Origin: the human T2T-CHM13v2.0 reference genome, Homo sapiens
Reading direction: 5' to 3' (one strand)
Assembly: GCF_009914755.1 (NCBI RefSeq)
Contig: NC_060927.1
Length of the DNA: 64,000 nucleotides
Made by a program: the position numbers and the translations under genes. This document shows, piece after piece, positions 26,001-40,133 of the stretch. The notes beneath the pieces are model-generated. The model was not told the origin of the DNA. It searched no databases and saw only the letters and a program-made list of their open reading frames with translations. Numbering within the stretch: the stretch's first letter is position 1; each line of letters starts with the position of its first letter.

Positions 26001-29000
26001 AGAAGTTACTGAGAATTCTTCTGTCTAGCATTATATGAAAAATCCCGTTTCCAACGAAGGCCACAAAGAGGTCCAAATATCCACTTGCAGATTCTGCAAA
26101 AAGAGTGTTTCCAAACTGCTCTATGAAAAGAAACGTTAAACTCTGTGAGTTGAACGCAAACATCACAAAGTAGTTTCTGAGAATGACTCCGTCTAGTTTT
26201 TATACGAAGATATTTCCTTTCCTACCATTCACTTCAAAGCGCTTGAAGTCTCCCCCTGAAAATTCCACAAAAAGTGTTTCCAATCTGCTCCGCCTAAAGG
26301 AAGCTTCAACTCTGTGAGTTGAATACCCACAACCCAAAGAAGTTACTGAGAATTCTTCTGTCTAGCATTATATGAAGAAATCCCGTTTCCAACGAAGGCC
26401 TCAAATACATCCAAATATCCAGTTGCTGACTTTACAAACTGAGTGTTTCCAAACTGCTCTATGAAAAGAAAGGTTAAACACTGTGAGTTGAACACACACG
26501 TACCAAAGTAGTTTCTGAGAATGATTCTGTCTAGTTTGCATACGAAGATATTTCCTTTTCTACCATTGGCCTCAAAGCTCTGAAATCTCCACTTGCAAAT
26601 TCCACAAAAAGAGAGTTTCAACTCTGCTGTTTCTAAAGGAAAGTTCAACTCTGAGAGTTGAATACACACCAGAAAAAGCAGTTACTGAGAAGTCTTCTGT
26701 CTAGCATTATATGAAGAAATCCCATTTCCAACGAAGACTTCAAAGAGGTCCAAATATCCACTTGCAGATTCTGCAAAAAGAGTGTTTCGAAACAACTGTA
26801 TGAAAAGAAAGGTTAAACACTGTGAGTTGAACGCACACATTGCAAAGCAGTTTCTGAGAATGATTCCGTCTAATTATTATACGAAGGTATTTCCTTTTCT
26901 ATCATTGGTCTCAAAGCGCTTGATACCTCCACCTGAAAATTCCACAAAAAGAGTGTTTCCAATCTACTCTGTCTAAAGGAACGTTCAACTCTGTGAGTTG
27001 AATACACACACACAGAAAGAATTCACTGAGAATTCTTCTGTCTGGCATTACATGAAGAAATCCCGTTTCCAACGAAGGCCTCAAAGAGGTCCAAATATCC
27101 ACTTGCAGATTCTGCAAAAAGAGTGTTTCAAAACCGCTCCATTAAAAGGAATGTTGAACTCTGTGAGTTGAATGCAAACATCACAACTCAGTTTCTGAGA
27201 ATGCTTCTGACTAGATTTTATGGTAAGATATTTCCTTTTCTACCGTAGGCTGCAATGCCCTCTAAATACACCCTTGCAAATTCTACAAAGAGACTGTTTC
27301 ATAACTGCTCTATAGGAAGAAAGGTTCAACACTGTGAGTTGAATGCAGAGATCACAACGTGGTTTCTGCGAATGATTCTTTGTAGTTTTTACATGAAGAT
27401 ATTTCGTTGTCAACCGTAGGCTTCAAAGCACTCAAAGTATTCACTTGGAACTTTTACAAAAAGAGTGTTAGAAAACTGCTCTTTCCAAAGTAAGGTTCAA
27501 CTCTGTGAGTTGAATGCACACATAACAATCAAGAAGTTTCTGAGAATTCTTCTGTCCTGGTTTATATGAAAAAATCCCGTTTCCAACGAAGGCCTCAAAG
27601 ACGTTTAAATATCCACTTGCAGACTTCACAAACAGAGTGTTTCCAAACTGCTCTATGAAAAGAAAGGTTAAACTCTGTGAGTTGAACGCACACATCACAA
27701 AGTAGCTTCTGAGAATGATACTGTCTAGTTTTTATACGAAGATATTTCCTTTCTACCATTGGTGTCAAAGCGCTAGAATTCTCCACTTGCAAATTCCACA
27801 AAAAGAGTGTTTCCAATCTGCTCTGTCTAAAGGAAGGTTCAACTCTGTGAGTTGAATACACACACACAAAGAAGCTACTGAGAATTCTTTTGTCAAGAAT
27901 TATAAGAAGAAATCCCGTTTCCAACGAAGGCCTCAAAGAGTTCCAAATATCCACTTGCACACTGCACAAACTAAGTCTTTCCAAACTGCTCTATGCAAAG
28001 AAATGTTCAACTCTGTGAGTTTAATACACACATCACAAAGCAGTTTCTGAGAATGATACTGTCTAGTTTTTATACGAAGATATTTCCTTTTGTACCATTG
28101 GCCTCATACTGCTAGAATTTTCCACTTGCAAATTCCACAAAAAGAGTGTTTCCAATCCGCTCTGTCTAAAGGAAGGTTCAACTCTCTGATTTGAATACAT
28201 ACATCCCAAAAGAAGTTACTGAGAATTCTTCTGTCTAGCATTATGTGAAGAAATCCCGTTTCCAACGAAAGCCTCAAAGAGGTCCAAATATCCAGTTGCA
28301 GAATTTACAAACTGACTGTTTCCAAACTCATCTATGAAAAGAAAGGTTAAACTCTGTGAGTTGAATGCACATATCACAAAGTAGTTCCTGAGAATGATTC
28401 TGTCTAGTTTTCATACGAAGATATTTCCTTTTCCACCAATGGCCTCAAAGTGCTTGAAATCTCCCCTTGCAAATTCCACAGACAAGTGTTTCAAATCTGC
28501 ACTGTCTAAAGGAAGGTTCAACCCTGTGAGTTGAATACACACACACAGAAAAAAATTCACTGAGAATTCTATTGTCTATCATTACACGAAGAAATCCCGT
28601 TTACTACGAAGGCCTCAAGGAGGTCCAAATATCCAGCTGCAGACATTACAAACTGAGTGTTTCCAAAGTGCTCTATGAAAAGAAGTGTTAAACACTGTGA
28701 GTTCAATGCACACATCCCAAAGCAGTTTCTGAGAATGATTCCGTCTATTTTTTCTACGAAGATATTTCCTTTTCTGCCGTTGGCCTCAAAGCGCTTGAAA
28801 TCTCCACTTGCAAATTCCACAAAAAGAGAGTTTCAAATCTGCTCTGTCTAAAGGAAGGTTCAACTCTGTGAGTTGAATACACACCACAAAAAGAAGTTAC
28901 TGAGAATTCTTCTGTCTAGCATTATATGAAAAATCCCGTTTCCAACGAAGGCCACAAAGAGGTCCAAATATCCACTTGCAGATTCTGCAAAAAGAGTGTT

Positions 29001-32000
29001 TCCAAACTGCTCTATGAAAAGAAACGTTAAACTCTGTGAGTTGAACGCAAACATCACAAAGTAGTTTCTGAGAATGACTCCGTCTAGTTTTTATACGAAG
29101 ATATTTCCTTTCCTACCATTCACTTCAAAGCGCTTGAAGTCTCCCCCTGAAAATTCCACAAAAAGTGTTTCCAATCTGCTCCGCCTAAAGGAAGCTTCAA
29201 CTCTGTGACTTGAATACCCACAACCCAAAGAAGTTACTGAGAATTCTTCTGTCTAGCATTATATGAAGAAATCCCGTTTCCAACGACGGCCTCAAATACA
29301 TCCAAATATCCAGTTGCTGACTTTACAAACTGAGTGTTTCCAAACTGCTCTATGAAAAGAAAGGTTAAACACTGTGAGTTGAACACACACGTACCAAAGT
29401 AGTTTCTGAGAATGATTCTGTCTAGTTTGCATACGAAGATATTTCCTTTTCTACCATTGGCCTCAAAGCTCTGAAATCTCCACTTGCAAATTCCACAAAA
29501 AGAGAGTTTCAACTCTGCTGTTTCTAAAGGAAAGTTCAACTCTGAGAGTTGAATACACACCAGAAAAAGCAGTTACTGAGAAGTCTTCTGTCTAGCATTA
29601 TATGAAGAAATCCCATTTCCAACGAAGACTTCAAAGAGGTCCAAATATCCACTTGCAGATTCTGCAAAAAGAGTGTTTCGAAACAACTGTATGAAAAGAA
29701 AGGTTAAACACTGTGAGTTGAACGCACACATTGCAAAGCAGTTTCTGAGAATGATTCCGTCTAATTATTATACGAAGGTATTTCCTTTTCTATCATTGGC
29801 CTCAAAGCGCTTGATACCTCCACCTGAAAATTCCACAAAAAGAGTGTTTCCAATCTACTCTGTCTAAAGGAACGTTCAACTCTGTGAGTTGAATACACAC
29901 ACACAGAAAGAATTCACTGAGAATTCTTCTGTCTGGCATTACATGAAGAAATCCCGTTTCCAACGAAGGCCTCAAAGAGGTCCAAATATCCACTTGCAGA
30001 TTCTGCAAAAAGAGTGTTTCAAAACCGCTCCATTAAAAGGAATGTTGAACTCTGTGAGTTGAATGCAAACATCACAACTCAGTTGCTGAGAATGCTTCTG
30101 ACTAGATTTTATGGTAAGATATTTCCTTTTCTACCGTAGGCTTCAATGCCCTCTAAATACACCCTTGCAAATTCTACAAAGAGACTGTTTCATAACTGCT
30201 CTATAGGAAGAAAGGTTCAACTCTGTGAGTTGAATGCAGAGATCACAACGTGGTTTCTGCGAATGATTCCTTGTAGTTTTTACATGAAGATATTTCGTTG
30301 TCAACCGTAGGCTTCAAAGCACTCAAAGTATTCACTTGGAACTTTTACAAAAAGAGTGTTAGAAAACTGCTCTTTCCAAAGTAAGGTTGAACTCTGTGAG
30401 TTGAATGCACACATAACAATCAAGAAGTTTCTGAGAATTCTTCTGTCCTGGTTTATATGAAGAAATCCCGTTTCCAACGAAGGCCTCAAAGACGTTTAAA
30501 TATCCACTTGCAGACTTCACAAACAGAGGGTTTCCAAACTGCTCTATGAAAAGAAAGGTTAAACTCTGTGAGTTGAACGCACACATCACAAAGTAGCTTC
30601 TGAGAATGATACTGTCTAGTTTTTATACGAAGATATTTCCTTTCTACCATTGGCGTCAAAGCGCTAGAATTCTCCACTTGCAAATTCCACAAAAAGAGTG
30701 TTTCCAATCTGCTCTGTCTAAAGGAAGGTTCAACTCTGTGAGTTGAATACACACACACAAAGAAGCTACTGAGAATTCTTTTGTCAAGAATTATAAGAAG
30801 AAATCCCGTTTCCAACGAAGGCCTCAAAGAGTTCCAAATATCCACTTGCACACTGCACAAACTAAGTCTTTCCAAACTGCTCTATGCAAAGAAATGTTCA
30901 ACTCTGTGAGTTTAATACACACATCACAAAGCAGTTTCTGAGAATGATACTGTCTAGTTTTATACGAAGATATTTCCTTTTGTACCATTGGCCTCATACT
31001 GCTAGAATTTTCCACTTGCAAATTCCACAAAAAGAGTGTTTCCAATCCGCTCTGTCTAAAGGAAAGTTCAACTCTCTGATTTGAATACATACATCCCAAA
31101 AGAAGTTACTGAGAATTCTTCTGTCTAGCATTATGTGAAGAAATCCCGTTTCCAACGAAAGCCTCAAAGAGGTCCAAATATCCAGTTGCAGAATTTACAA
31201 ACTGACTGTTTCCAAACTCATCTATGAAAAGAAAGGTTAAACTCTGTGAGTTGAATGCACATATCACAAAGTAGTTCCTGAGAATGATTCTGTCTAGTTT
31301 TTATACGAAGATATTTCCTTTTCCACCAATGGCCTCAAAGTGCTTGAAATCTCCCCTTGCAAATTCCACAGACAAGTGTTTCAAATCTGCACTGTCTAAA
31401 GGAAGGTTCAACCCTGTGAGTTGAATACACACACACAGAAAAAAATTCACTGAGAATTCTATTGTCTATCATTACACGAAGAAATCCCGTTTACTACGAA
31501 GGCCTCAAGGAGGTCCAAATATCCAGCTGCAGACATTACAAACTGAGTGTTTCCAAAGTGCTCTATGAAAAGAAGTGTTAAACACTGTGAGTTCAATGCA
31601 CACATCCCAAAGCAGTTTCTGAGAATGATTCCGTCTATTTTTTCTACGAAGATATTTACTTTTCTACCGTTGGCCTCAAAGCGCTTGAAATCTCCACTTG
31701 CAAATTCCACAAAAAGAGAGTTTCAAATCTGCTCTGTCTAAAGGAAGGTTCAACTCTGTGAGTTGAATACACACCACAAAAAGAAGTTACTGAGAATTCT
31801 TCTGTCTAGCATTATATGAAAAATCCCGTTTCCAACGAAGGCCACAAAGAGGTCCAAATATCCACTTGCAGATTCTGCAAAAAGAGTGTTTCCAAACTGC
31901 TCTATGAAAAGAAACGTTAAACTCTGTGAGTTGAACGCAAACATCACAAAGTAGTTTCTGAGAATGACTCCGTCTAATTTTTATACGAAGATATTTCCTT

Positions 32001-35000
32001 TCCTACCATTCACTTCAAAGCGCTTGAAGTCTCCCCCTGAAAATTCCACAAAAAGTGTTTCCAATCTGCTCCGCCTAAAGGAAGCTTCAACTCTGTGAGT
32101 TGAATACCCACAACCCAAAGAAGTTACTGAGAATTCTTCTGTCTAGCATTATATGAAGAAATCCCGTTTCCAACGAAGGCCTCAAATACATCCAAATATC
32201 CAGTTGCTGACTTTACAAACTGAGTGTTTCCAAACTGCTCTATGAAAAGAAAGGTTAAACACTGTGAGTTGAACACACACGTACCAAAGTAGTTTCTGAG
32301 AATGATTCTGTCTAGTTTGCATACGAAGATATTTCCTTTTCTACCATTGGCCTCAAAGCTCTGAAATCTCCACTTGCAAATTCCACAAAAAGAGAGTTTC
32401 AACTCTGCTGTTTCTAAAGGAAAGTTCCACTCTGAGAGTTGAATACACACCAGAAAAAGCAGTTACTGAGAAGTCTTCTGTCTAGCATTATATGAAGAAA
32501 TCCCATTTCCAACGAAGACTTCAAAGAGGTCCAAATATCCACTTGCAGATTCTGCAAAAAGAGTGTTTCGAAACAACTGTATGAAAAGAAAGGTTAAACA
32601 CTGTGAGTTGAACGCACACATTGCAAAGCAGTTTCTGAGAATGATTCCGTCTAATTATTATACGAAGGTATTTCCTTTTCTATCATTGGCCTCAAAGCGC
32701 TTGATACCTCCACCTGAAAATTCCACAAAAAGAGTGTTTCCAATCTACTCTGTCTAAAGGAACGTTCAACTCTGTGAGTTGAATACACACACACAGAAAG
32801 AATTCACTGAGAATTCTTCTGTCTGGCATTACATGAAGAAATCCCGTTTCCAACGAAGGCCTCAAAGAGGTCCAAATATCCACTTGCAGATTCTGCAAAA
32901 AGAGTGTTTCAAAACCGCTCCATTAAAAGGAATGTTGAACTCTGTGAGTTGAATGGAAACATCACAACTCAGTTGCTGAGAATGCTTCTGACTAGATTTT
33001 ATGGTAAGATATTTCCTTTTCTACCGTAGGCTTCAATGCCCTCTAAATACACCCTTGCAAATTCTACAAAGAGACTGTTTCATAACTGCTCTATAGGAAG
33101 AAAGGTTCAACTCTGTGAGTTGAATGCAGAGATCACAACGTGGTTTCTGCGAATGATTCTTTGTAGTTTTTACAGGAAGATATTTCGTTGTCAACCGTAG
33201 GGTTCAAAGCACTCAAAGTATTCACTTGGAACTTTTACAAAAAGAGTGTTAGAAAACTGCTCTTTCCAAAGTAAGGTTCAACTCTGTGAGTTGAATGCAC
33301 ACATAACAATCAAGAAGTTTCTGAGAATTCTTCTGTCCTGGTTTATATGAAAAAATCCCGTTTCCAACGAAGGCCTCAAAGACGTTTAAATATCCACTTG
33401 CAGACTTCACAAACAGAGTGTTTCCAAACTGCTCTATGAAAAGAAAGGTTAAACTCTGTGAGTTGAACGCACACATCACAAAGTAGCTTCTGAGAATGAT
33501 ACTGTCTAGTTTTTATACGAAGATATTTCCTTTCTACCATTGGCGTCAAAGCGCTAGAATTCTCCACTTGCAAATTCCACAAAAAGAGTGTTTCCAATCT
33601 GCTCTGTCTAAAGGAAGGTTCAACTCTGTGAGTTGAATACACACACACAAAGAAGCTACTGAGAATTCTTTTGTCAAGAATTATAAGAAGAAATCCCGTT
33701 TCCAACGAAGGCCTCAAAGAGTTCCAAATATCCACTTGCACACTGCACAAACTAAGTCTTTCCAAACTGCTCTATGCAAAGAAATGTTCAACTCTGTGAG
33801 TTTAATACACACATCACAAAGCAGTTTCTGAGAATGATACTGTCTAGTTTTTATACGAAGATATTTCCTTTTGTACCATTGGCCTCATACTGCTAGAATT
33901 TTCCACTTGCAAATTCCACAAAAAGAGTGTTTCCAATCCGCTCTGTCTAAAGGAAGGTTCAACTCTCTGATTTGAATACATACATCCCAAAAGAAGTTAC
34001 TGAGAATTCTTCTGTCTAGCATTATGTGAAGAAATCCCGTTTCCAACGAAAGCCTCAAAGAGGTCCAAATATCCAGTTGCAGAATTTACAAACTGACTGT
34101 TTCCAAACTCATCTATGAAAAGAAAGGTTAAACTCTGGGAGTTGAATGCACATATCACAAAGTAGTTCCTGAGAATGATTCTGTCTAGTTTTTATACGAA
34201 GATATTTCCTTTTCCACCAATGGCCTCAAAGTGCTTGAAATCTCCCCTTGCAAATTCCACAGACAAGTGTTTCAAATCTACACTGTCTAAAGGAAGGTTC
34301 AACCCTGTGAGTTGAATACACACACACAGAAAAAAATTCACTGAGAATTCTATTGTCTATCATTACACGAAGAAATCCCGTTTACTACGAAGGCCTCAAA
34401 GAGGTCCAAATATCCAGCTGCAGACATTACAAACTGAGTGTTTCCAAAGTGCTCTATGAAAAGAAGTGTTAAACACTGTGAGTTCAATGCACACATCCCA
34501 AAGCAGTTTCTGAGAATGATGCCGTCTATTTTTTCTACGAAGATATTTCCTTTTCTGCCGTTGGCCTCAAAGCGCTTGAAATCTCCACTTGCAAATTCCA
34601 CAAAAAGAGAGTTTCAAATCTGCTCTGTCTAAAGGAAGGTTCAACTCTGTGAGTTGAATACACACCACAAAAAGAAGTTACTGAGAATTCTTCTGTCTAG
34701 CATTATATGAAAAATCCCGTTTCCAACGAAGGCCACAAAGAGGTCCAAATATCCACTTGCAGATTCTGCAAAAAGAGTGTTTCCAAACTGCTCTATGAAA
34801 AGAAACGTTAAACTCTGTGAGTTGAACGCAAACATCACAAAGTAGTTTCTGAGAATGACTCCGTCTAGTTTTTATACGAAGATATTTCCTTTCCTACCAT
34901 TCACTTCAAAGCGCTTGAAGTCTCCCCCTGAAAATTCCACAAAAAGTGTTTCCAATCTGCTCCGCCTAAAGGAAGCTTCAACTCTGTGAGTTGAATACCC

Positions 35001-38000
35001 ACAACCCAAAGAAGTTACTGAGAATTCTTCTGTCTAGCATTATATGAAGAAATCCCGTTTCCAACGAAGGCCTCAAATACATCCAAATATCCAGTTGCTG
35101 ACTTTACAAACTGAGTGTTTCCAAACTGCTCTATGAAAAGAAAGGTTAAACACTGTGAGTTGAACACACACGTACCAAAGTAGTTTCTGAGAATGATTCT
35201 ATCTAGTTTGCATACGAAGATATTTCCTTTTCTACCATTGGCCTCAAAGCTCTGAAATCTCCACTTGCAAATTCCACAAAAAGAGAGTTTCAAATCTGCT
35301 GTTTCTAAAGGAAAGTTCAACTCTGAGAGTTGAATACACACCAGAAAAAGCAGTTACTGAGAAGTCTTCTGTCTAGCATTATATGAAGAAATCCCATTTC
35401 CAACGAAGACTTCAAAGAGGTCCAAATATCCACTTGCAGATTCTGCAAAAAGAGTGTTTCGAAACAACTGTATGAAAAGAAAGGTTAAACACTGTGAGTT
35501 GAACGCACACATTGCAAAGCAGTTTCTGAGAATGATTCCGTCTAATTATTATACGAAGGTATTTCCTTTTCTATCATTGGTCTCAAAGCGCTTGATACCT
35601 CCACCTGAAAATTCCACAAAAAGAGTGTTTCCAATCTACTCTGTCTAAAGGAACGTTCAACTCTGTGAGTTGAATACACACACACAGAAAGAATTCACTG
35701 AGAATTCTTCTGTCTGGCATTACATGAAGAAATCCCGTTTCCAACGAAGGCCTCAAAGAGGTCCAAATATCCACTTGCAGATTCTGCAAAAAGAGTGTTT
35801 CAAAACCGCTCCATTAAAAGGAATGTTGAACTCTGTGAGTTGAATGCAAACATCACAACTCAGTTTCTGAGAATGCTTCTGACTAGATTTTATGGTAAGA
35901 TATTTCCTTTTCTACCGTAGGCTGCAATGCCCTCTAAATACACCCTTGCAAATTCTACAAAGAGACTGTTTCATAACTGCTCTATAGGAAGAAAGGTTCA
36001 ACACTGTGAGTTGAATGCAGAGATCACAACGTGGTTTCTGCGAATGATTCTTTGTAGTTTTTACATGAAGATATTTCGTTGTCAACCGTAGGCTTCAAAG
36101 CACTCAAAGTATTCACTTGGAACTTTTACAAAAAGAGTGTTAGAAAACTGCTCTTTCCAAAGTAAGGTTCAACTCTGTGAGTTGAATGCACACATAACAA
36201 TCAAGAAGTTTCTGAGAATTCTTCTGTCCTGGTTTATATGAAAAAATCCCGTTTCCAACGAAGGCCTCAAAGACGTTTAAATATCCACTTGCAGACTTCA
36301 CAAACAGAGTGTTTCCAAACTGCTCTATGAAAAGAAAGGTTAAACTCTGTGAGTTGAACGCACACATCACAAAGTAGCTTCTGAGAATGATACTGTCTAG
36401 TTTTTATACGAAGATATTTCCTTTCTACCATTGGTGTCAAAGCGCTAGAATTCTCCACTTGCAAATTCCACAAAAAGAGTGTTTCCAATCTGCTCTGTCT
36501 AAAGGAAGGTTCAACTCTGTGAGTTGAATACACACACACAAAGAAGCTACTGAGAATTCTTTTGTCAAGAATTATAAGAAGAAATCCCGTTTCCAACGAA
36601 GGCCTCAAAGAGTTCCAAATATCCACTTGCACACTGCACAAACTAAGTCTTTCCAAACTGCTCTATGCAAAGAAATGTTCAACTCTGTGAGTTTAATACA
36701 CACATCACAAAGCAGTTTCTGAGAATGATACTGTCTAGTTTTTATACGAAGATATTTCCTTTTGTACCATTGGCCTCATACTGCTAGAATTTTCCACTTG
36801 CAAATTCCACAAAAAGAGTGTTTCCAATCCGCTCTGTCTAAAGGAAGGTTCAACTCTCTGATTTGAATACATACATCCCAAAAGAAGTTACTGAGAATTC
36901 TTCTGTCTAGCATTATGTGAAGAAATCCCGTTTCCAACGAAAGCCTCAAAGAGGTCCAAATATCCAGTTGCAGAATTTACAAACTGACTGTTTCCAAACT
37001 CATCTATGAAAAGAAAGGTTAAACTCTGTGAGTTGAATGCACATATCACAAAGTAGTTCCTGAGAATGATTCTGTCTAGTTTTCATACGAAGATATTTCC
37101 TTTTCCACCAATGGCCTCAAAGTGCTTGAAATCTCCCCTTGCAAATTCCACAGACAAGTGTTTCAAATCTGCACTGTCTAAAGGAAGGTTCAACCCTGTG
37201 AGTTGAATACACACACACAGAAAAAAATTCACTGAGAATTCTATTGTCTATCATTACACGAAGAAATCCCGTTTACTACGAAGGCCTCAAGGAGGTCCAA
37301 ATATCCAGCTGCAGACATTACAAACTGAGTGTTTCCAAAGTGCTCTATGAAAAGAAGTGTTAAACACTGTGAGTTCAATGCACACATCCCAAAGCAGTTT
37401 CTGAGAATGATTCCGTCTATTTTTTCTACGAAGATATTTCCTTTTCTGCCGTTGGCCTCAAAGCGCTTGAAATCTCCACTTGCAAATTCCACAAAAAGAG
37501 AGTTTCAAATCTGCTCTGTCTAAAGGAAGGTTCAACTCTGTGAGTTGAATACACACCACAAAAAGAAGTTACTGAGAATTCTTCTGTCTAGCATTATATG
37601 AAAAATCCCGTTTCCAACGAAGGCCACAAAGAGGTCCAAATATCCACTTGCAGATTCTGCAAAAAGAGTGTTTCCAAACTGCTCTATGAAAAGAAACGTT
37701 AAACTCTGTGAGTTGAACGCAAACATCACAAAGTAGTTTCTGAGAATGACTCCGTCTAGTTTTTATACGAAGATATTTCCTTTCCTACCATTCACTTCAA
37801 AGCGCTTGAAGTCTCCCCCTGAAAATTCCACAAAAAGTGTTTCCAATCTGCTCCGCCTAAAGGAAGCTTCAACTCTGTGACTTGAATACCCACAACCCAA
37901 AGAAGTTACTGAGAATTCTTCTGTCTAGCATTATATGAAGAAATCCCGTTTCCAACGAAGGCCTCAAATACATCCAAATATCCAGTTGCTGACTTTACAA

Positions 38001-40133
38001 ACTGAGTGTTTCCAAACTGCTCTATGAAAAGAAAGGTTAAACACTGTGAGTTGAACACACACGTACCAAAGTAGTTTCTGAGAATGATTCTGTCTAGTTT
38101 GCATACGAAGATATTTCCTTTTCTACCATTGGCCTCAAAGCTCTGAAATCTCCACTTGCAAATTCCACAAAAAGAGAGTTTCAAATCTGCTGTTTCTAAA
38201 GGAAAGTTCAACTCTGAGAGTTGAATACACACCAGAAAAAGCAGTTACTGAGAAGTCTTCTGTCTAGCATTATATGAAGAAATCCCATTTCCAACGAAGA
38301 CTTCAAAGAGGTCCAAATATCCACTTGCAGATTCTGCAAAAAGAGTGTTTCGAAACAACTGTATGAAAAGAAAGGTTAAACACTGTGAGTTGAACGCACA
38401 CATTGCAAAGCAGTTTCTGAGAATGATTCCGTCTAATTATTATACGAAGGTATTTCCTTTTCTATCATTGGCCTCAAAGCGCTTGATACCTCCACCTGAA
38501 AATTCCACAAAAAGAGTATTTCCAATCTACTCTGTCTAAAGGAACGTTCAACTCTGTGAGTTGAATACACACACACAGAAAGAATTCACTGAGAATTCTT
38601 CTGTCTGGCATTACATGAAGAAATCCCGTTTCCAACGAAGGCCTCAAAGAGGTCCAAATATCCACTTGCAGATTCTGCAAAAAGAGTGTTTCAAAACCGC
38701 TCCATTAAAAGGAATGTTGAACTCTGTGAGTTGAATGCAAACATCACAACTCAGTTGCTGAGAATGCTTCTGACTAGATTTTATGGTAAGATATTTCCTT
38801 TTCTACCGTAGGCTTCAATGCCCTCTAAATACACCCTTGCAAATTCTACAAAGAGACTGTTTCATAACTGCTCTATAGGAAGAAAGGTTCAACTCTGTGA
38901 GTTGAATGCAGAGATCACAACGTGGTTTCTGCGAATGATTCCTTGTAGTTTTTACATGAAGATATTTCGTTGTCAACCGTAGGCTTCAAAGCACTCAAAG
39001 TATTCACTTGGAACTTTTACAAAAAGAGTGTTAGAAAACTGCTCTTTCCAAAGTAAGGTTGAACTCTGTGAGTTGAATGCACACATAACAATCAAGAAGT
39101 TTCTGAGAATTCTTCTGTCCTGGTTTATATGAAGAAATCCCGTTTCCAACGAAGGCCTCAAAGACGTTTAAATATCCACTTGCAGACTTCACAAACAGAG
39201 GGTTTCCAAACTGCTCTATGAAAAGAAAGGTTAAACTCTGTGAGTTGAACGCACACATCACAAAGTAGCTTCTGAGAATGATACTGTCTAGTTTTTATAC
39301 GAAGATATTTCCTTTCTACCATTGGCGTCAAAGCGCTAGAATTCTCCACTTGCAAATTCCACAAAAAGAGTGTTTCCAATCTGCTCTGTCTAAAGGAAGG
39401 TTCAACTCTGTGAGTTGAATACACACACACAAAGAAGCTACTGAGAATTCTTTTGTCAAGAATTATAAGAAGAAATCCCGTTTCCAACGAAGGCCTCAAA
39501 GAGTTCCAAATATCCACTTGCACACTGCACAAACTAAGTCTTTCCAAACTGCTCTATGCAAAGAAATGTTCAACTCTGTGAGTTTAATACACACATCACA
39601 AAGCAGTTTCTGAGAATGATACTGTCTAGTTTTTATACGAAGATATTTCCTTTTGTACCATTGGCCTCATACTGCTAGAATTTTCCACTTGCAAATTCCA
39701 CAAAAAGAGTGTTTCCAATCCGCTCTGTCTAAAGGAAGGTTCAACTCTCTGATTTGAATACATACATCCCAAAAGAAGTTACTGAGAATTCTTCTGTCTA
39801 GCATTATGTGAAGAAATCCCGTTTCCAACGAAAGCCTCAAAGAGGTCCAAATATCCAGTTGCAGAATTTACAAACTGACTGTTTCCAAACTCATCTATGA
39901 AAAGAAAGGTTAAACTCTGGGAGTTGAATGCACATATCACAAAGTAGTTCCTGAGAATGATTCTGTCTAGTTTTTATACGAAGATATTTCCTTTTCCACC
40001 AATGGCCTCAAAGTGCTTGAAATCTCCCCTTGCAAATTCCACAGACAAGTGTTTCAAATCTGCACTGTCTAAAGGAAGTTTCAACCCTGTGAGTTGAATA
40101 CACACACACAGAAAAAAATTCACTGAGAATTCT
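17007..40133. repeat. Three-HOR super-repeat (~8,673 bp period): copies 7-9, 10-12, 13-14
   Basis: Diagnostic SNVs recur at 8,672-8,673 bp spacing: TTTTCATACG at 19739/28412/37084, AAGGTTGAAC at 21716/30389/39061, CAACGACGG at 20614/29287, AGTTCCACTC at 23756/32428, GGCTGCAATG at 27252/35924. Confidence 0.88.
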
